Assembly (NCBI GenBank): GCA_040954595.2
Contig: JBECUI020000024.1
Coordinates: 372,001-436,000, forward strand
Source of the DNA: Balanoglossus misakiensis
Lineage: Eukaryota; Animalia; Hemichordata
Direction of reading: 5' to 3'
Length of the DNA stretch: 64,000 bases
A program made the translations under genes and the position numbers. Shown here in pieces: positions 51,009 through 64,000 of this stretch (positions are counted from its first letter, which is position 1; every line of letters starts with the position of its first letter). The notes below the pieces were generated by a model that made no database searches, was not told the origin of the DNA, and saw only the letters and a program-made list of their open reading frames with translations.

Positions 51009-52070
51009 GGTTAGAGATACAGCGTTTTATATTAACATGAATTAACATGAATTTAAAAATTTGATGGTTTACTTAGGACTGCCTTGATCCATGGTAACCT
51101 CATTAAATATGTACATATCTAATTCTAGGCTATCCAGTTGCGGTAGAAACCTGGACATGGACAACTTTGGGGTCAAAATCTTTTGACAAAATGTTGGGTG
51201 TTCTTGGGTAAACTTTGACCTACATTCCTATATCTTGGCATCCGGCACAGATACATCCTTGACACTTGGAGTGATGGAACTGCATAATGGAGTATTATGT
51301 CTCAGCTAGTCACAGTGCTTTTGCTGTGTTTTATGTCTTTTATTCAGCCAAATTAGATGTTTTTCATTAAACTTGCCCTTCTTTGTGATTAAAGCATGAC
51401 CGGCCTGTCTTAGGTGGCCCCTACCTAGGGGCTTTACCCGTCATTGGCTCACAGTCTGAGAAATCAGCTCTGCAGGGAAGTTAACGATGTAACCCACCAT
51501 TAAAGCTTGGATTTCCGCTTTTTGTATTTGATGCCTGGCTGAGGCCTTCTTAGGATCTACCCAACGCTGAGTAGGCTATCCCGTCATTGGCACACAGTCT
51601 CAGGGAGGGAGTCAAAAGTTCAGTATACCATCAAAGCCTTTATATTGTCCATTCTTTTTAAGAGAAGGCTGGCTGTTGTAGAAAAATGTTGATCTCAAAT
51701 TTATCATGTCCAAAAAGCCAGACTTCCAGCCCTATTGGTTAGGCTGGCATTAGGTAAGTACATAATTAATGAGGCAAGACATAATACTCAATCAAATAGT
51801 TCCATCACTCCAAGTGTCAAGGTTGTATCTGCTCCGGATGCTAAAATATAGGAATGTAGGTCAAAGTTTACCCAAGATCACACAAATGTTTGTCAAAAGA
51901 TTTTGACCCCGAAGTTGTCCATGTCCAGGTTTCTACTTCAGCTGAATAGCCTAGAATTAGATATGCACATATTTAACGAGGTTACCATTGCTCAGGGGGG
52001 TCTTAAATTAACCATCAAATTTTAGTTTCATATTAATGCATATTAATATAAAACACTGTATCTCTAACCC
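51009..52070. repeat. Inverted repeat pair (~295-bp arms, ~470-bp spacer)
   Basis: 51009-51303 is reverse-complementary to 51776-52070. Confidence 0.88.
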
Positions 52071-52664
52071 TACAGGTAAGCCTAGAATTAGGTACATGTA
52101 CATGCGTAAGTTTTTGACAAGACAGTTAAGCTGTAATATATGTACATGAACCTTGACAATTGACTTAAAATAACATAAAGGCAGAACTGATACTGATTGG
52201 AGATAGATATTACTAATGACAGTGATGTTAATTACACCAGGAATGTTTGTCTTAGTATACGGTAGCTAACCGACTGCTTGAGGTTAAGTAATGAAAGTGC
52301 CCACTTGCGATTCACCTTCAAATAGCTACTTAGTCTTTGGTACATGTACATTGTTTTTCCAATGATTAGACAAAGGATATACATACGTGTAATTAAGGTT
52401 GGGTAGCATTTTCAATGTAATAAGCCCTGCCTTCACTATAATCTTACACCAAATCAACACTGTTCAGGAATGTGATAGGCTTCAAAGCGACGCTAGTTAC
52501 ATCATAATTCCCAGCAAGGGGTATTAGTTTATTGGGCAAGTGGCATGAGTGAGGCCAGACATTAGTTTTGGAAGCAAAGCGGACAGAACACTGCCGGGCA
52601 TAGACTAGGTAGTTCTGAATAGTCATGTTTCATAAGTCAGGTCCATGACATATGTACCGACATC

Positions 52665-54060
52665 TGTGATTGGTCCATCTGGTAATCTTAGGTCCACTTG
52701 AGGCACGGTGATTGGAGGGACCTTATGTGTTAGGTCTTATTATTATGTATTATTCACTAGACCTTGTAGGTTAGGTCTTATTACTATGTATTATTCACTT
52801 TACAGCTCCCTGATTGGTTAATGTGTAGGTCTGGTCCTCCAGTGTTCACTGCCTCATTATGCAGGACCTTGTAGGTTAGGTCTTATTAACATGCATTTAT
52901 TCAATTGTCAGCTCCCTGATTGGTTAATGTGTAGGTCTCCAATTTTCACTGCCTCGTTATGCAAAGTCTTTTGTACTTTCTGAATACAGTTGTCGTATTC
53001 TGTCTGGCATGCTGCCTGCGCGTTGTCGAAGCTCGATCCCAGTGTATAAAGAAAGGCACTCATATAATGATTGGATTTAACCTTTCCTTCACTATTCATG
53101 GCATTTTTTTGTGATACTGTGAACTAGATACTCGAAATAAAAATTGCCAGGAGAATTTTTTTATTTTATTTCCAGTGGCGGTTTGTTGAAATGGGCTAGT
53201 GTTTTGTTACGTAATGCTTTTCAGCGCATCACTTCGTGTAACACCTGGCTGAATACGAAGTGTGTGCTATTCATTCGAGCAAACCAAAAATATCTTACAA
53301 TAGAACTGTTTAGAATAGCATTGCATTTCTTTAATTGGGATACCTCATTAGTTGCTTTACAGGTATGATTACTTTTATTGTACTTCTTTCACGAAGCTGC
53401 ACCGTCATAGTTCCATTTTTATGAAAACAATATACGAATGTATAAACGGACAACGTACTCCTTTTCACAACATCTACGTCAAAACAAATTTACTTTAAAA
53501 TAGTAAAACAACAATAATAATATTGATGATGAGAAGTAGGAGGGTGATTTAAGAAAATATACAACTGTTAGCAAAAATGCTTAGATGTGTTAATCAGATT
53601 TTCGAAGTCCATCTAAAAATTTTAATCTTTCCAGGGTGCGGTTTATGTTGGAGATAGTATCAGTCAGGCTATTTCTCAGAAAATTAATGAATGACATGCG
53701 GACATCCCGAATAATGTGTTACCACAACGCTAGCCAGGAAGCACATGGGACATTTCACAATGAGGCAGTGAACACTGGGAGACCAGACTGACACGTTAAC
53801 CAATCAGGGAGCTGTATGGTGAATAAATACATATTAATATGACCTAACCTACAAGGTCCTGTATTATGAGGCAGTGAACACATGGGGGACCAGACTGACA
53901 CGTTAACCAATCAGGGAGCTGTAAAGCGAAAAATGCATAGTAATAAGACCTAACCTACAAGGTCTAGTGAATAATACATAATAATAAGACCTAACCTACA
54001 AGGTCCCTCCAATCAGCGTGCCGCAAGTGGACCTAAGAGAAGCGGATAAACCAATCAAAA
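52665..54060. mobile_element. Foldback-like element with ~300-bp internally repetitive inverted arms
   Basis: 52665-52960 vs 53755-54060. The subrepeat gaccttgtaggttaggtcttatt recurs within the arms. No TSD identified. Confidence 0.65.
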
Positions 54061-55887
54061 CATGCAATACATGTGTATAGGACGTGTAATGTAGGTCATT
54101 TTGAAACAGGACTAATGTGACCATGGACGTTACCACATTAGACTCTGTATTGTAAGTTTCTGAAGAATCGCAAAAAATCATCAACAGTCTACATGTACTT
54201 CAACCTTGTGAGAAGTACTGTATAACACACAGGATATACTAGTCACTGTTGGTCAGGTTATTACACACTGTGGTCCCATCTGGGGATTACACAAAATTAG
54301 GTATGTCTGTGTTCATGGGAAAAATCATGTGACATTGGCAAGCAGATATGACCTACTGTAAGAACATTTCAAAGGAACCAGACAAGTATTTTAGGGAAAA
54401 CAACATTCAACAATGACAAAAACTGCCTCAAACCACATCTATCCAACTATCAACAAATTGTATAATATCTACTTCAATCACCACGCCTACCAAAGTTGAA
54501 AGCAATCTGACTAGTAGTTTCAAAGAATACAAATTGCAAAAATTGCCCCAAGACCACAATATGTAAATTTCACCAAAATGATATACAACATTACTTGGGT
54601 TACCTCTTGGAACAAGCATACCAAAATTTAAAAGCAATCTAAGGAGTTTCTCAGAAAATGAATTTTGACCAAAAATGACAGATTACAAATTCTGCGACAA
54701 TTTAAACAAAACCAACTAAGATCACCTACCGGAAGTGTCATACTAAATTCTAAAGAAATCAGCCAATCTTTTTAAGAGGAAAAGATTTTTTTTCAAATGG
54801 TAAAACAAGACAAAATAATTGCATAAAAAATAGACAATTCACGATATAAACTCAAAGTATATCAGGTATGATGACATTACCTACATGCATACAAATGTTC
54901 AAAGCAGTCTAACCAGTTGTTGAGTTTTGATCAATTCCACATATTTCACAGGTTATTTGCGTATTTTTGCATTGACAACTTCATTTCAGCAAAATCCCAT
55001 CTACACACCAAAATAAAAAAACCATGGTTTCATGTTTTGGATCAGGGCAGACATACATCCATATATACATGTAACATGCATACACACATGTACACACACA
55101 CACAAACACATGCATACATGGCTGCATACATACATACATACATACATACATACATACATACATACATACATACAGAGGGAAACGGTCTGGTAATCAATGT
55201 TGTGACACTAGCATTAGGCCTTAAACCCCGGTGCGGAAAGTACTGGGGTTCGGATTAACGTGTGTTTGTACAGTTGTTTATTTGTGAGTGGTCGTCGTGC
55301 ATAATAACTGTGTAATTGATCTCATGTACATAGAAAATAATTGAACACTTTACACCTCTATGCGATTGACAGCTGTTTGAATGGCGTGGTTATTGTTTCC
55401 CAGGGATGCTTCTGAAAAGCACTGAAACCAGATTTCTCCCAAAATCATCGTTGTTTCAAAAGCTCGTGTACTTTTTCATCGATAACTTTATGTTGTGTGT
55501 GTTTATAAAGCCAACCACTGTCATTGTGTGGTGTAATTCTTTATGCTTGGATCTGTTTGGGCCGATTTTCATAGAGCCAAGATCATTAGAGCCAAGATCG
55601 TTGGTGTTGTCTGTTGTCAGTCAAACGGCATTAAGATTCGCCACTGATTTGGGGGGTCTTTTATACCACGCATCGGGGTTTAATGTTTACGATATCAGGA
55701 CAATTTATATCATATGAAGTTTTATGTATTCATAATTATTCAGAGAAGCAAATTTTTAAAAATGTGAAATTGTTATCAATCGGATGTGCACTGACAGCAT
55801 GCTTATATGGAATACAGGTACTCTAACACAATCAGTCATAACACTTTTGAATCATCAATAAATAACATATAGAATAATTTTACAGGA

Positions 55888-56620
55888 TTTAATTATTTAT
55901 ATTTGAACGCAAAGCGTAAATTCCCTTGTGCCATGGAATTCACAATCTGCAACTGGTGGGGTCCTTCTGCCAGTAAGCAGCATCAGATAAATTCTGCATG
56001 CTCATCACCGAGGCAATTTAGGTGTACTTTTGTACTTTGAGAACTGTCGGTTTTCGCAACTGAAACTCTGCTCACAGGACGGAGGAAAAACTAGAATGAC
56101 AACAGCTATGTAAGCTAACAAAAGAAACACAGAGCATAGTTCTCCATACTCATATTTTAATGCAATAATTTTTGCTGAAATTGGGGCGTCCGTGGGCAGG
56201 CAAAGGCAGTTCTAACTCAACTTGCAAATCAGGCCCATGTCTCTTGTTCCCTGAGACTGTCTGGTTCTAATAATAGCTGTAAGAACATAATCGTTGACCA
56301 AAGGGTTGGTTCAATTTTGCAACATTTTATGATTTCAAGCTGTGCAATATTTGCAACTCTGTTTCAACTTTGGTTGGAGGGATGATGATGAAGCCATTTC
56401 ACTGACAAAATAGCACTACTAACTGACATCCATATTTGTTTACAGTCAAATGCATTGCCATCAGAAAAATGCATACGAAAAAATTCTTATGTGAATAATA
56501 CACACTTTCTTGCACAACTGCAAACTCTGTCACATTTGTGAAATTTTAAGGAAATTCATTCATTGGGTAGCTTTATGAATTCTTAAACAAACTTAGTCAT
56601 GAAACCTAAAAGGTTACCTT
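55888..56620 (-). repeat. Inverted partner of 48930-49677
   Basis: Reverse-complement similarity. Confidence 0.9.
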
Positions 56621-57003
56621 ACACATCTGGCGGCTCGACTTCTGTGATATGATAGTCTTCAATTAATGTGTATGTGATTCCATACAAATCCATATGATTA
56701 CCTGAACGTACAAAATAAATAAAAAATAAAAAATAAATTAAAAATAAATAAGTATCTCATACATATGCATAAGTGCTTGTGATAAATATATCCTGTATTT
56801 AAATAAACCTGTCATTTATTGACCTCGTTTTCCTATTAACCCAAAGGACTAGATTGCACTGTAATATTATTACAGCTTCATTTCAATGCAACAGGTACAC
56901 TACATCATATTGGAGCAAATATGCCAGCTCAACATTGATATAAAGAGTGTCAAAATATTGGTGGCTACAAAAGCTTGTGTCCCTTCAATCCATCCTCGCA
57001 CTC

Positions 57004-57326
57004 AGGTGAAAACGAACGTCATTAGTTTTTGGGAAAAAACCTCTGAAATCAATTTCGGTGAGGCCAAATGTGTTCCAAAGGCAAACCGTTTCTGGTAAAC
57101 AAATCAATGGCAAATAATTACTTCGGCGACATACCAATCAGTCAACATGGCTGCCTAATCGTTGGATAGCCTGGTTTCCTCTCGCGATCATTCTGTCTTC
57201 CGATATGGCGTTGCATGGTTAAATTCGTCTCTTCTTTGCCGACATAGTCAGGCGACAGCGGTCGAGAAGCATAGGCAGCGACTCCATCTTGTTTACATTG
57301 TGAAGTATCGACTGCGCATGCTCAAT
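57004..57326 (+). repeat. Repeat with an inverted partner at 63638-63960
   Basis: ~320 bp of reverse-complement similarity. Spurious ORFs 57162+ and 63630- translate alike. Confidence 0.92.
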
Positions 57327-58397
57327 AATTTTCCGCGTTTTTTTTTTTTGCCAACGGCGCGCGCGCGGTGTCTGGTATAGAGAAAATAACATGCAAGTGC
57401 GCGATTATTCATTTGTAAAAAATCAGTTATACATTTGTCATCAACGTTTGAAAACTTTCAATGATCTTACCTCAGTAAGCATTTCAAATAGGTACATTTT
57501 TATTTAGAACCATCGTATGTGGAAAATAATAAAACACAGAGTGGGGATTGGCCCTATGTTTGACTTGATCATACCCAGCTCGGTTTGCGTTTTGTCATTG
57601 ACGAGGGTGTCAGACTTTTGCTGAGAGAGTGAGTTTCTATAGCGTAAACGTTTATCGACTGGACTTTCTGTGCGCCAACAATTACATTATTTTTGGCCGG
57701 GGAACACGTGCAACTTTTGATGACTGTTTTTCTAGCGCCGTGTTTTTATCTTACGACCTAGAATACCTGCTTTCGTCACCATGGTCTGCTCTGCACGTAC
57801 TATGCTTTCCAGTTTATGTAGCTTGAAGTTGTACCACATTTTGGTTTCCGAGCTGTAGCGAACATAAAACCGAAACTAATAGCTACGTGTTGACCGCAGC
57901 GACTGCGTGTTTTTTTGTTGTATTCCCAACCTACAGTTTATTCTCATGCAGCTCAGACTGAGGTCGCTTCTAAGAGAAAAAACAACAACATATTTTGGCT
58001 GCTGCCAGACCAGGAATGGAAAATCTTGAGTGGCGCTGGGCTGCATTTCTCTGTAGGACTGTAGTTGTATTGTGCAAGGGTTCGCCAGCATCGCCTTCAG
58101 ACTTGTTGTCATAGTCACTGGTGGCGGTTTGTCCTGCACTACTCGTCGTTCTATTTGATGTGGTGGTATTATTCCCAGATGTCTGTGCCGAGGATCCTGC
58201 CCGTTTTCCGATTCTCTTCGTTTTGTCGGCCATTTGCTTCACTTTTTCTGTCATTGTTGCGACGTCAGTCTCTGTTGTTGTTCGAAGGAGGCGAAAGTCC
58301 ATTCACCATTAATAGCCGAATTTCCAAGATCGTCCGTTAATTACAATGCGACGTCACGCTACCATGTCCTAAGAAAGACTACAGGGCACATTTTTTT

Positions 58398-58560
58398 ATC
58401 TCGTGCGCACGACTTACGTGTGCATGTGATATTTTCTCGTGAACACGAGTGCGCTCGCAATTTTCTCGTGCGCACGAGATATGCACGAGATAGCATGTTT
58501 CTCGTGCACACGAGAAAACATCTCGCTGGAACAAGATACTATCTCTTGCACAAGAAATAG
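58398..58560. repeat. Cluster of palindromic TCTCGTGCGCACGAGA motifs (MITE-like)
   Basis: About 6 degenerate copies of the palindrome. Confidence 0.75.
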
Positions 58561-61062
58561 AATAACTGGCAGCCACTATGATGTCTGCCACAGGCAAATT
58601 TAAATATTCCACTCTGGATCTTCTTTCAGCCCTTCGGAAAACATGAGCATTTATGAAATCCGGCTCTCAATTTTTCGAGAAGTTCCAGCAGTTGTGGTGT
58701 CGCCAAAAACGAATGTATGCCATTCCTGGCGGAAAAAAATATGCAAGAGACGCTTGCAATACACTGCCATCTACCTGACCGCCCTACATGCCTTAATGTA
58801 AGGTAGAAGGTCGGGCGGTACGAAGAGTTCACCAAAAGAGGGCGCATTTTATCATCCATTGATTTATACTGTGTACGAGCAGAGAAGCCTCAGTGTTTGC
58901 GGTTAGAACCGTATCGGTAAGACAAAGACAGAAGAGTTGACAGACAACAAACTTATTCAGTTTATATCATATAATTCTTACTGTAAAACGTTCCCTGAAT
59001 AAAGCCTTGTGCTCATAAGAACATTGAAGATTGTCGCATACAGACCGACACCCTTTTATCTATTGTAGGTATTGAATAGAACGCTTTATGCCTGTGTATT
59101 TCTTATTCATTAAGCAATGATGTAACACAACAAGTTTCGGACAGTGTGAAGAAAGGGCCAAAGCACTCTTGCAAGTTAGTGTTGTGTACTCTTTTCCAAC
59201 ACTGCTGCAAGCTGTTCAGCAACTGATGCTGCTTGTATCTCCGATGACAAATGGACAGTCTGTGTGCTGTCAAAGTAAATCCATCAATTTTGCGGAGCTG
59301 AAAGGAAAATGACAGCTTGTCAAACTCAAATCTGCCAGACGAAATAGGGAAAGAAATGCATAACAGGTAATCCACCATAGTATGAATTTTAGCCAGCATC
59401 CTATGAAATGCGGTGAAACGGAACTGCAATTAATTTTAAATGAATTCTGCTCAAATTGTTTTGTTAGTTCTCAACATTGGATTGGAACCGTTAAATATAT
59501 TGTACCGTATAACATTATCATACAGGTTAGTATGTCAAATATTTTTCCATTTGGCATTTTCTTCTTGAGGTCATTTCAACAGTATGCACACCACAGTTTG
59601 TGAGATATGGACAGAAACAAACAGGAATCTATGCAATGTTATAATAGTATATTATTGTTAACAAGAAAGCGGCAACTCTCTGCCTGGCAGAGAATAATGA
59701 TAGTCTTTTTGAAAAAAAGGGCGTGCTGAGGATATGGTCAGTCAAAAACATACATGTATAAGGTATGCCTGAACTAATTTTTAATATGGTGTACATAAAT
59801 ATTTATGCATTGTCACAATGACTGGAGGTCTTTAAATGACCAAGCTGTATGGACACCTCATTCAATGTTACATATATTTGTTATTACATGTTTTATTGAA
59901 ATTGCCAGTTGTCTGTTTTAATTCTGGCAGTTCTGCTGTGTCTTTTGTCTTGCCCTGACAGAATGCAGTAATATTTGCAGTACAAGAGGAGTGTCAGTAA
60001 ATAGTGGAGCAATATCTTTCTACGAATGTACTCATGCATTGCTCCAAAGTGAAGTACATTCGCAAAACCAGTTTGGGAAATCGGGACTCTTTTCAAGATA
60101 ATACCACATTTTTGTGGATGTCACATGACATGGAAACACTCTAGAATCACGATTGAGATAAGGTTTCGGTTTGATATACCACTTCCTTGTTATTTCAATC
60201 TGTATGTTTTCTTAACCCCCTCCCTCGAAAAAAGGTAATTGAGGTAATTGTAAAATTACCTGACAAACAAACAGGCTACTCTAGCCTCCTTTTTATGAGG
60301 TTTGTGATGTAACATATTTTGAATTTCGTGAATCGATCAAAAGTTTCCGTGCACTAACTATCAAAACTATACCAAAAAATAATTTGGGCAATTCATAAGG
60401 AGAATCTAGTGGGTCAGCGGCTATAGAACTGACGTAAGTGTAAGTATCAGAGGATTGTGGGTACGAGGCTGGGAAGAGCAAAACTCGAACACTCATGAAA
60501 TCTACACGTGACGCCAAATTCTTTGTAATATGAACAGTGGAAAACTGCCATGCCATCCCTCTAAGTGCAAACTTCCAAAGATTTCAATCTGGTGATATTT
60601 AAAAAAAATATTTTATTCAAATTCATGTGGTGATATTTAAAAAAAATATTTTATTCAAATTCATGTTATAAATTAAACTTGCATCTATGATATAGAAATG
60701 ACTCTGTCTTATATAACAAAAATACAAATAACTTGGTTAGATGACCAAAGATTTCCCATCTCGAAAAGTTTCTACCAAAATGACTAACTCCAAATCTGCT
60801 AAGAGAGCCCTAGCAAATTTAATCACTGCACATTACTCTCGATAAAACGAAATATTGCGCATTCATTTTGTCCTTGAATTGAAATGCATGGCCAGTGTTC
60901 ATAGACTTCACACACACAGGATGTTTAAGGAGTTGAATTGTTATTGACAGCGACCAGGTCGGTAGATTCTATAGGATGAAGAAAAAATGAAAAGACAGTC
61001 AGTACATAGCTAAATTCTCCTATACAAGGGCGTCTTCAATTGGTACAGTGACTGACTGAATG

Positions 61063-61126
61063 GATGAATGAATGAATGAATGAATGAATGAATGAATGAA
61101 TGAATGAATGAATGAATGAATGATGA
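61063..61126. repeat. (TGAA)n microsatellite
   Basis: Directly visible. Confidence 0.97.
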
Positions 61127-61205
61127 ACGGATGAGTCGTAATAATATGCTTCAATCATAGGGGCTTTGAAAATTATTAAAATAAAATAAAAAATAATGTA
61201 CTCAC

Positions 61206-62220
61206 AACCGACATTTATACAACAGACAGCTCAAGAAACTCCTCCATGTGTACAATACTTTGCCAATTTAGTGACAACATCAGCTTGCAGAGCACGTGAG
61301 CACCGCTTTCGCCAGCCTGTGGTGCCCGCATATCTTTTTTGTTCAGCAGTAACATGCACGACACATGCAGAGACACAAACGTCCATGTTGCAAATTGTAG
61401 ATGAAAGCATCAGCTGCGCTGGTTTTATGGTCAGCATCACTGGCTGTTACATGAAAACTGTTTGTCACATACCTTAACCAACATATACGTGTATCTGTAT
61501 GGAAAGAAAGTAGGCTCACCCCCGGTACAGTATTATTTTATTTTGCATGCACGCAATGGCCTGAATTTGCTAAACTGGGATCATCTGCGCGCATTTCAAA
61601 ACGTGCTCGTTGCTTAACTTCGCGTGCTTTACTACTCACAATTATTCCACTTGTGAACGAACACGTCACCCAATTTTACAGTGTAGCCATGTGGAAAACT
61701 GGTGACAAGGTAATATTTCATTCGAAGATCAACCTACGTTCAGAAAGTTTGCATTGTGGTGAATTCTCACTGCTCTCGCAATGCGGTCTGTGGCTCACTG
61801 CCGCAGACCGCATTACACGTAGAAATAAATTCTGTACGTCACAGTTCGTAGGTCGCATAGGTCATGGAGTTAATCCATTATACATTGCGGCTTACAATTT
61901 CTCGTGACCCTCTTATCATGCAGCTTGTGTGTTACTGACCACTGACGCATGTCAAAACACTCAATATTTTTTTTAAATTTGCAAAATCTTTCATTTTAAA
62001 GTTGTGATACTCACTGCAGATAGCATTCTTTTCAGTAGGAACTATTTCTGCTGCCATTTCAATATTGTCTTTATTCCATGTAAATATATTTCCTCCAATT
62101 GAACAGTCCCCCGCCACAGCTGCAACCTCTTCTGCAGTCAGAACTTTTGACCACATGTATGTCATTTAGTCAAGACAATTTGGGAGAACTGTAGTTTAAA
62201 GCCTCCAAAGCTGCCACTTT
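61206..62220 (-). pseudogene. Decayed gene remnant: pentraxin C-terminal exon followed by a WSC-like exon
   Basis: 62015-62220 reads (GSFGGF..fs)MWSKVLTAEEVAAVAGDCSIGGNIFTW...AIC |gtgag. ~61206-61494 has acceptor tacag|, then DVCVSAC.....KRYAG...C with a stop and frameshift, and donor gtgagt. Confidence 0.5.
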
Positions 62221-63637
62221 TAGCATTATTTTCATGATTTTATTTTCCAACTTAAATTGGTTCATCAAAATAAGCTTACTGATAGGTATACATAAACATC
62301 TTATCGATGCCCGATTGTGACTGCATGTTGCAATTGGAACATGCTATGTATTAAAACGGTGCCTCACCGATTTAATCAGCCTTCATACAAACAATAGCAG
62401 CTAAGCAGCTATCGTGAAATGCGATGCCAAGTTATGACAAACCAATGCAAATGCAAGTAATATGGCTCAATGGTCACGGGTGAAGATTTTAGGGAATAGG
62501 GAATATACATATGAAGTATTTTACTCTGGAAAAAAATATGCCAATTTTAGCAGCTATAGGGTTTTTAAAGCGCGGGCGAAGTATGAACAGATGCAGTAAA
62601 TATCGATACATTGTATTTTGGAGGTTTCTCATAACCATGATTGGTTGGCTAATTATGCGGTGTTTTCTAAATAAAAGGAACAATATTAATTTATTGTTGG
62701 GGCTCACCTCCGTTAACATCTTGCCGTCTCTGCTGAGTGTTGGCCTCTTCCAGCGGCACGTGTTTGTCCTTTAGGGCATGCTGTAAAATATTTAGAATAG
62801 CGCTGCCATTTGATCAAAGGATAAGCTGGCTTCGCGTGTTAGGGATGTGTGTCTGACGACTATGCCTCGAAGCAAAAGACACAGCCGACCCTGCCACGCA
62901 GATTCATTTGTTGTGTCACACATTTTCGATCCAAGAAGAGAATATCAACCTTGACGTTGCGAAAATGACAAGAAACTTTCACTCATATAGGTTGTGTGAT
63001 TACTTACCCGCAACTTGTTGGGAATTGCTGTCACCAGAGGTGCCCACAGCGTGAAAGCCAGAATGACTGCGACGCCTGCATTGGAGTTCGTCATGAATGG
63101 AAACATCGATGAACACGTTCGGTCTTCGATGAGGCTAGTGTCCACAGAATAGGCATTCTTTTATAAGGCAGCTGGGAGGTGGTAAATCCATTGTGATCAC
63201 CATGCTATTAGTAGCCCAAGCAGTCAAAATTTGCGAAAAATATATAAATATGGAAAAAATATATCAATGGGATCAATAGTTATTAAGCACTTTTTAAAAA
63301 CAAATGACACCGTAAGATCAATTATCTTGTTTTCCGCGACAAGTTTCAACATGGTATGTCAGCGCTACCAGTGAATAATATTATTAGAAACTATGACAGC
63401 TGTAACCGTGCGATTAATGATTTCATCAATTTTAATCATATACTTGTGAATATTTGCGCGGGTGCTGGTTTAATAAACTGTGTTGATATATAGGTGGAAG
63501 ACTGTTTAGTTTTCCAGTCAATTATGTGATGTATTACGCCTGACGCTTAAATGATTTGGTCCAGGGAGAATAACCGCGTTTGGCCGGTCAAGCGAACCCT
63601 GGATCTTGCAGGCTCTGCCCACTTTCCAATCAACAAC

Positions 63638-63960
63638 CATTGAGCATGCGCAGTTGATACTTCACATTGTAAACAAGATGGCGTCGCTGTATATGCTTCT
63701 GGACCGCTGTCGCCCGACTATGTCGGCAAAGAAGAGACGAATTTAACCAAGCAACGCCATATCGGAAGATAGAATGATCGCGAGATGAAACCGGGATATC
63801 CAACGATTTGGCAGCCATGTTGATTGATTGGTAAGTCGCCGAAGTAACTATTTGCCATTGATTTGTTTACCAGAAACGGTTTGCCTTTGGAACACATTTG
63901 ACCTCAATGAAATTGATTTCAGAGTTTTTTCCCAAGAACTAATGACGTTCGTTTTCACCT
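63638..63960 (-). repeat. Inverted partner of 57004-57326
   Basis: Reverse-complement similarity. Confidence 0.92.
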
Positions 63961-64000
63961 TTCTGTCCCGAAGTTGCAAACGTGTTGTCTCTGAGAAAAT

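Noticed and set aside
59100-60100. Possible further minus-strand exons
   Set aside because: No recognisable domain or convincing splice pair in any frame checked.

Overview
Eukaryotic genomic DNA, AT-rich with spliceosomal introns. Repeat style and gene content suggest a marine invertebrate, possibly a hemichordate or echinoderm (inference). No prokaryotic features or CRISPR. (1) 1-18.9 kb: three paralogous copies of a spliced gene for a tandem OB-fold protein whose motif spacing resembles HIN-200/RPA. They are arranged <- -> <- as nested inverted duplications. Copy 1 may be intact but runs off the left edge. Copies 2 and 3 are scrambled by exon-scale inversions, stops and nested insertions (a ~309-bp satellite containing an L2 LINE that contains a TA-TSD DNA transposon). 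(2) 19.75-28.26 kb: a 14-exon, 5'-truncated SVEP1-like type I membrane protein gene (pentraxin tail, HYR, sushi-like, furin site, GCC2/GCC3 repeats, EGF, TM, NPxY tail) with a nonsense codon and three broken splice sites. (3) 34.1-45.3 kb: an 11-kb satellite of 83-86-bp monomers with higher-order structure. (4) 45-64 kb: repeat-rich DNA with a Helentron/HINE-like element carrying tandem arrays, several inverted-repeat pairs and a decayed pentraxin/WSC-like gene remnant. All protein family calls are by eye and were not searched.
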